A model generated the notes under the pieces. That model saw only the letters and a list, made by a program, of their open reading frames with translations, was not told the DNA's origin and did not search any database. From NCBI GenBank assembly GCA_028283345.1, contig JAPOGE010000001.1, forward strand, positions 1 to 56,216: a stretch of DNA of 56,216 nucleotides, given 5' to 3'. A program made the position numbers and the translations under genes. Positions 51,522-56,216 of the stretch are shown here, in pieces. This stretch comes from Candidatus Poseidoniales archaeon (lineage in GTDB: Archaea; Thermoplasmatota; Poseidoniia; Poseidoniales; Poseidoniaceae). Every line of letters begins with the position of its first letter. Within the stretch, counting starts at the first letter, position 1.

Positions 51522-53695
51522 GTGGGTTGGTATTCATTACGGTTACTCAAGGGACGGAATAAGGTCCCTCCATTACACAGGGAATCCAGAATTCCCTCGA
51601 CCTGCGTTTTTGAGATGTTGTGTTTTTCCATTTCATTTAGGATTGAAAACAACTTGACGGTCTGGTCGGTATTCTGATACTGCTGAATGATGTAAGAAAC
51701 AATCCGGTGTTCTTGGTTGCGTTTGGTGGTGGTCTTTCCTGAGACCATTGAGGTCTCATCATAATCCCCACCCATCAGTTCATAGCGCCAGACATCAAAA
51801 GTCGCAATCGCCAAGTTGGCATCGACAATCTCCACGTCATCGGATAGCCGGGTACGAGCATGCGCCTCGGCCAGGCGTACCAGTGATTCGATAGAACGGG
51901 CGGTGATCGGTACGCTGTCAAATGAATCCAGGCCCGATTCGGTGCCGAATTTTTTGCCATCGGTATATACACTTCCAGACTCGTTTATCCCTCCCCCTTC
52001 GGTGCGGGTCTTGACATAATAGTCGACGATGAGCTCGCGCGCCGCGTCGGTGAGGGTCGGGTGAATGAATTTCTTGGCGTATGCCACATATTTCTGAAAT
52101 AAATCTGGCTCGATCAGTTCTGACCCATCGATAATCCCTTTGGCCACGTCCTCAGAGGTCGGAGCGGGGGCGATTCCCTCATCAATCAACCATTCAGGAG
52201 TGCCGGTCTGGCGATATTTTGCGATATGCATGCCGATTCTACGGTCGTCATCCTTCTCCGGTTTATCCAGCATCATCCAGATACAATCGAATCTGGTGAG
52301 CAGGGGTTTGGTCAACATTATCTGTTGGGTGTAGGGGCGTGATTTCTTATCGACTTCGGGATGGATGAACTTCCCATCCGAGGGGTTTGCCGCGGCCAAA
52401 ATCGCACAGCGGGTGCGCATAGTCGTGTGGACGGTCGCCTTGTGAATGGAAATCTTCTGCTGTTCCATCGCTTCGTGCATCGCACTGCGGTCCTGCTCGC
52501 CCATCTTGTCGAATTCATCGATGCAGGCCAAGCCCATATCGGCCAGGGGAAGGGCGCCGGCTTCGACCGTCCAACCCCCATCTGAATGCTGTACTGCGGC
52601 CGCGGTCAGGCCAGCACCGGAGGTGCTCATGCCGCTGGCGAATTGGCCGCGTGGAGCAAGGGCCACCATGTAATTGAGCAATTGTGATTTCGCCACCCCG
52701 GGGTCGCCCATCAACAGGATGTGGATGTCACCGCGGGCGCGGGTGCCGTCGGAATTTATCCGTGAAACACCGCCGAATAATTGCAGCACAAGAGAGCGCT
52801 TGATGGCATAATGGCCGAATATCGAGGGGGCGATGGAATTGACCAACAAACTTTCCAAATCCTCGCGCTTGCTATAATTCACAATCATCTCCTTCTCCTC
52901 ATCGGAGATGGTGACTTCTTCCAGGGGGATGTTCTTGCGCTCAAATGAGTGGCACTTGAAAATCAAATCGAAAATCGGTGTATCCCTACCACCTTTTCTC
53001 TGCGCTCGCCGAAATAGTCGACCATTCAGCACCACCCGATTACCGGGTGATAACACCCCGGCCATATCACCTTGGAGATAGCATTGCATCACCTCTGCGG
53101 ATTGGCCTGATTTGACTTTTTCCGGCAGTTCCTGAATCTCGACCGTCTGGGTGTCGAGATGCGCCGAGTCCTCATGGACAATGGTGAATCTGGTCTTGCG
53201 GTCTTCCCGACCACAGCCACCTTCGTGTATTTCACACATCAGTGGGGTGGTCATTTTTGATTCATCCAATTGCTCGAGCACCGTGTCGTAGCCGCAGATA
53301 CAGCGAAATGTGGCGATGGTAATCATTGGCCTGACCGAGGTGATTTTGGCGACGATTCCCTCGATGGCAATCAGTGGACTGATGTGTTTATTGCGAATCT
53401 CGCGCAGAACAAAACGATGGTCGAGAGGTAGCTCGATCAAACGCAATTCGGCGTCGGCATCGACCCCAAGATCCTGTAATAATGCCTTCAAGGTCTGCCG
53501 TGCCGCATCGAGAGAGAGGCCCGGATGGAGCAGGACATCGGCGGCGAAATCCGGATCGTAGGCTTGCAGGTCACCGTAGCGAACCTCAAGGCCCTGCTCC
53601 TCGGGCCACAGGAGCGAGAAGGTGGCTATAGATTCGTGACAGACTTCCTCGAGAAAGCCGCGCCATCGCGCCCCCATATCGAACTGTAAGACCAT
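51518..53695 (-). CDS. mcm: Minichromosome maintenance (MCM) replicative helicase
   Basis: Zn-finger CICGYD...CEIHEGGCG, Walker A IHILLMGDPGVAKSQLL, Walker B ACIDEFDKM, sensor/Arg-finger LLTRFDCIWMM and a C-terminal wHTH. 725 aa, no intein. Overlaps the gatE start by 4 nt. Confidence 0.95.
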   Translation of the reverse strand: MVLQFDMGARWRGFLEEVCHESIATFSLLWPEEQGLEVRYGDLQAYDPDFAADVLLHPGLSLDAARQTLKALLQDLGVDADAELRLIELPLDHRFVLREIRNKHISPLIAIEGIVAKITSVRPMITIATFRCICGYDTVLEQLDESKMTTPLMCEIHEGGCGREDRKTRFTIVHEDSAHLDTQTVEIQELPEKVKSGQSAEVMQCYLQGDMAGVLSPGNRVVLNGRLFRRAQRKGGRDTPIFDLIFKCHSFERKNIPLEEVTISDEEKEMIVNYSKREDLESLLVNSIAPSIFGHYAIKRSLVLQLFGGVSRINSDGTRARGDIHILLMGDPGVAKSQLLNYMVALAPRGQFASGMSTSGAGLTAAAVQHSDGGWTVEAGALPLADMGLACIDEFDKMGEQDRSAMHEAMEQQKISIHKATVHTTMRTRCAILAAANPSDGKFIHPEVDKKSRPYTQQIMLTKPLLTRFDCIWMMLDKPEKDDDRRIGMHIAKYRQTGTPEWLIDEGIAPAPTSEDVAKGIIDGSELIEPDLFQKYVAYAKKFIHPTLTDAARELIVDYYVKTRTEGGGINESGSVYTDGKKFGTESGLDSFDSVPITARSIESLVRLAEAHARTRLSDDVEIVDANLAIATFDVWRYELMGGDYDETSMVSGKTTTKRNQEHRIVSYIIQQYQNTDQTVKLFSILNEMEKHNISKTQVEGILDSLCNGGTLFRPLSNRNEYQPT

Positions 53696-53750
53696 ACTTC
53701 ACTCACCGGGCATCAACGCGCATCGCTGGCGTCATATAACCTACGCGATT

Positions 53751-53788
53751 GAAAACCCCCAACCCCTTGGTTTCCGGTGGAAAAACGC
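53751..53788 (-). other. ORB-like (origin recognition box) element: minus strand GCGTTTTTCCACCGGAAACCAAGGGGTTGGGGGTTTTC
   Basis: The dyad core TTCCACCGGAAAC followed by a G-string resembles the euryarchaeal ORB / mini-ORB consensus (TTCCAnTGGAAAC plus GGGG) as I remember it. It lies 56 nt upstream of mcm. Related shorter copies are at 53851-53877 (-), 53950-53968 (+) and 54026-54037 (+). Confidence 0.4.
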
Positions 53789-54115
53789 TTGCCCACAAGC
53801 CTACATTTGCAACAGATATGGGCTTCCCAAGGAACTTTTCTAACAAATTCGAAAACTCCCCGAGAACCAAAAAACGCTCCGTAGCACTTTACCCTGCCGC
53901 CGGCCCTGCTGCGGCGATTCTTAGCACATCGCTGCAAACAAATACTGACGCGTTTTTTGGGAAGAATCATCGATTCAAATAACGAATACAGCGACTATCC
54001 CCTGATTCGTACTAGTTGAATCGGTGCGTTTTTCACCTATTTCAAAGGATATGCAGAGGTTTTAATCCCTTCAATACACCCATCGGTTCAAGAACCAACC
54101 CGATTTCGGCAAATC

Positions 54116-55939
54116 ATGTCCTATATTGAGGTGCAATTCACTCATCAGGACACCGAGGCATCTTGGTCATGCGATGGAAAATATGTATTATTTCTGAGAG
54201 ACAGTGGTGAAGGAAAATCTCGGTTGTTGCAGATCCATCGACTTGAAGTTAAGACGGAGGACATCAAACCGATTACAAGTGTCGTGAAGAAATTCATCAC
54301 TGAAATACATGTTTCACCATACACTCATCATCTTGCTTACATGATAAATAGCGGGAATGAGAAACACAAGATTATCATCCAAAATTACGTTGATGGAACG
54401 AGGAAGCGGATCCCAAGTAAAGAGAAAACGCTCTTCGGGGGGTGGACTGAATCTGGTATACATTATTTTGAGTTGAAAGAAAAGGATGGAGACAAATGGA
54501 AAAGATGTTTCTTCGATATTGGATTACAACAAATCACCGATACAGATGGAGATGTTGGATATTTTCCTGATATGCTAGGACAGATTCGTGGCACCCCAAT
54601 AGTCATCAATCAATTTGCCAAATTTGATAATAAGATTCGTAGGAAAGATGAAAGTTTAGCGTTCAGTACGGAGCATAAGCGACAAGGTAGACTGAGAGAA
54701 GGTTGTTCGAATGGCGACAGCATATTTTGCATCAGAGAGTGCAGTCAAAGCAGCGTCGGGGAGATTGTAGAATTCCAATTAGAAGATGGACAATTAACAA
54801 ACACAGAAAAACCTATTCTTTCTTCCGAAGAAATCAGTCAACAAATCAAGATTATTGGAGAACATCCCAGGGGAGAAATACACGGGTTCTTGATTACCGA
54901 TGACTGCATAATCATCAATTTGAACCAAGATGGGCATAGTGAATTACATAGATATTATACCACTGAAAAACGATGGGAAAGAATTGATCTAAGTGAAATC
55001 GAAACTGACATTGGAAATTGTTGGATTGAGGGAATTGACTACAATGAATCCAGTGGTCTACTATTGACTGTCTCATCTTTTTGGAGGCCTCAACATCTTT
55101 GGAGAATAGATTCAGAAACAAACGACTTAGAGCGCTTAACAGAACCATTCGATCGGCTTGAAATAGGTAGGATGACGTCAAAGGAATTTCTAGCAAAAGA
55201 TGGGATGGATATGCAATATTTCGAAATTGAGCCTTCCGAGGTTAGTGATTCAACTGAGACGATTGTTTTCTTCCATGGCGGACCCACTGTCCAAACCACG
55301 TGTAAATGGGACCGTGTCATCGCATCTTTCCTCGCTGAGAAATATCGAATCATAGCCCCCAACCCAAGAGGGGGTATCGGCCGTGGTGCAAGTTATTGTG
55401 GTCTTGATGATGGGGAAAAACGACTTACTCTCATTCAAACTGAAGTTGGCCCGTTTGTAAAGAATATCGATTCCGAATATGGAACACCTTGTATCTATGG
55501 GGGGAGTTATGGGGGTTGGCTTGTTCTCACATTGGTTACTTCATCCGTTTGGGGAGGGTACGTTAAGGCAGCAGTATCGAGAAATGGAATCGCTTGTATG
55601 GTCACATTTTTTGATGGGGATGGAAAGGACATTCCTCCAACCGCAAAATGGAGAAAAGCACACCGAGAACGGGAATATCTTGGAAACACTCAGGGGGACG
55701 AGAAGAAACGACTCAAGGAAAAATTGAGTCCAATTAAGGCAAAGGCAACTACATTGAGGAACACTTTGATCGTTTATGGGAAAAATGACCCACGAGTACC
55801 AATAAGCGCGGCTTTCGCAGAAAAATTTAGCACGAAGAAACTGCCCTTTCCTGATGAAGGTCACAAAATCAAGTTTCTCCACAATCGTATTCGCTTGATT
55901 AAGGAATCCCTTGAATTGTTTCAACGACAATTGGATTAA
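54116..55939 (+). CDS. S9-family serine peptidase (prolyl oligopeptidase / acylaminoacyl-peptidase-like), N-terminal beta-propeller plus C-terminal alpha/beta hydrolase
   Basis: IVFFHGGPT, the IYGGSYGGWL nucleophile motif (GxSxGG), GKNDPRVP (Asp region) and FPDEGH (His). GC is markedly lower than in the rest of the window. Confidence 0.88.
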   Translation: MSYIEVQFTHQDTEASWSCDGKYVLFLRDSGEGKSRLLQIHRLEVKTEDIKPITSVVKKFITEIHVSPYTHHLAYMINSGNEKHKIIIQNYVDGTRKRIPSKEKTLFGGWTESGIHYFELKEKDGDKWKRCFFDIGLQQITDTDGDVGYFPDMLGQIRGTPIVINQFAKFDNKIRRKDESLAFSTEHKRQGRLREGCSNGDSIFCIRECSQSSVGEIVEFQLEDGQLTNTEKPILSSEEISQQIKIIGEHPRGEIHGFLITDDCIIINLNQDGHSELHRYYTTEKRWERIDLSEIETDIGNCWIEGIDYNESSGLLLTVSSFWRPQHLWRIDSETNDLERLTEPFDRLEIGRMTSKEFLAKDGMDMQYFEIEPSEVSDSTETIVFFHGGPTVQTTCKWDRVIASFLAEKYRIIAPNPRGGIGRGASYCGLDDGEKRLTLIQTEVGPFVKNIDSEYGTPCIYGGSYGGWLVLTLVTSSVWGGYVKAAVSRNGIACMVTFFDGDGKDIPPTAKWRKAHREREYLGNTQGDEKKRLKEKLSPIKAKATTLRNTLIVYGKNDPRVPISAAFAEKFSTKKLPFPDEGHKIKFLHNRIRLIKESLELFQRQLD

Positions 55940-56149
55940 CAACCACAATCGTCATCATCGTCATCATAGCAGGTGCAGGTTCCAATACATTTGCAGGGCA
56001 TGATTTTTCGATTTTTCTTCCCTGTTTAAGGCTTGGCGCAGTTATTGCAAAGGGTCATCTCAGTGACTACGCATTGATTACAAAGAATGAGCACTTGACT
56101 CACTGGGTATGCGCAGTGACTACCCATCCGAATACGGGTGTCTCATAGA

Positions 56150-56159
56150 GGGGGGGGGG
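56150..56159. repeat. G10 homopolymer tract
   Basis: Direct reading (gag ggggggggg a). Non-coding context near the window end. Confidence 0.9.
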
Positions 56160-56216
56160 ACCCTTTGAAAATAGAAACCCGTTTCAATGGGTATTCGGAT
56201 AGACCCTTTTGAACAC

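Noticed and set aside
53713-53982. Overlapping 85-aa (minus) and 77-aa (plus) ORFs upstream of mcm.
   Set aside because: The two ORFs are mutually antisense and have no motifs. They lie in a region dominated by the inverted ORB-like repeats and the mcm promoter (TTATAT about 40 nt and GGTGA about 8 nt upstream of the ATG). They are more likely non-coding.

Overview
This looks like a 56.2 kb archaeal chromosomal fragment. The archaeal markers are an MCM helicase, GatE, two Pth2 peptidyl-tRNA hydrolases, a TFB-like zinc-ribbon protein, and TATA-like boxes about 27-30 nt upstream of several ATGs. Gene content and composition resemble a marine planktonic euryarchaeote (Marine Group II / Poseidoniales-like): acidic proteins, mostly 55-65% GC, a fatty-acid beta-oxidation operon, peptidases and a 1.5k-aa glycoprotein adhesin. 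That taxonomic placement is inference only.

Layout:
- 1-5.8 kb: minus-strand cluster of an EF-hand polytopic membrane protein (missing from the ORF track because it runs off the window), a small membrane protein, a radical SAM protein, phosphatidylserine decarboxylase and a coiled-coil protein.
- 5.9-10.7 kb: Bcp, hemolysin-III, a glutaredoxin-like protein and a DEAD-box helicase with a G/R/N tail.
- 10.8-18.5 kb: beta-oxidation operon of thiolase, HAD/ECH, ACAD, a membrane-anchored hydrolase and an ACBP-SDR fusion.
- 19-26 kb: PAP2_C-like protein, giant surface protein, proline iminopeptidase and a methyltransferase.
- 26.2-35.6 kb: oversized AddAB-like helicase-nuclease pair.
- 35.6-41.6 kb: an orphan locus bounded by two of the three largest non-coding stretches in the window. 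It holds a TFB-like protein, a secreted thioredoxin-like protein and a 1023-aa ORFan with three in-frame microsatellite arrays.
- 41.6-53.7 kb: LtaE, Pth2, a tandem solute-binding lipoprotein, a second Pth2, an S-component-like membrane protein, a PQQ/DUF4430 protein, GatE and MCM.
- 53.7-54.1 kb: nested inverted ORB-like repeats.
- 54.1-56.2 kb: low-GC S9 peptidase region.

No rRNA, tRNA, CRISPR array or transposase could be supported.

The most interesting items are the AddAB-like pair in an archaeal context, the ORFan locus, the ORB-like repeat architecture next to mcm, the EF-hand membrane protein and the ACBP-SDR fusion.
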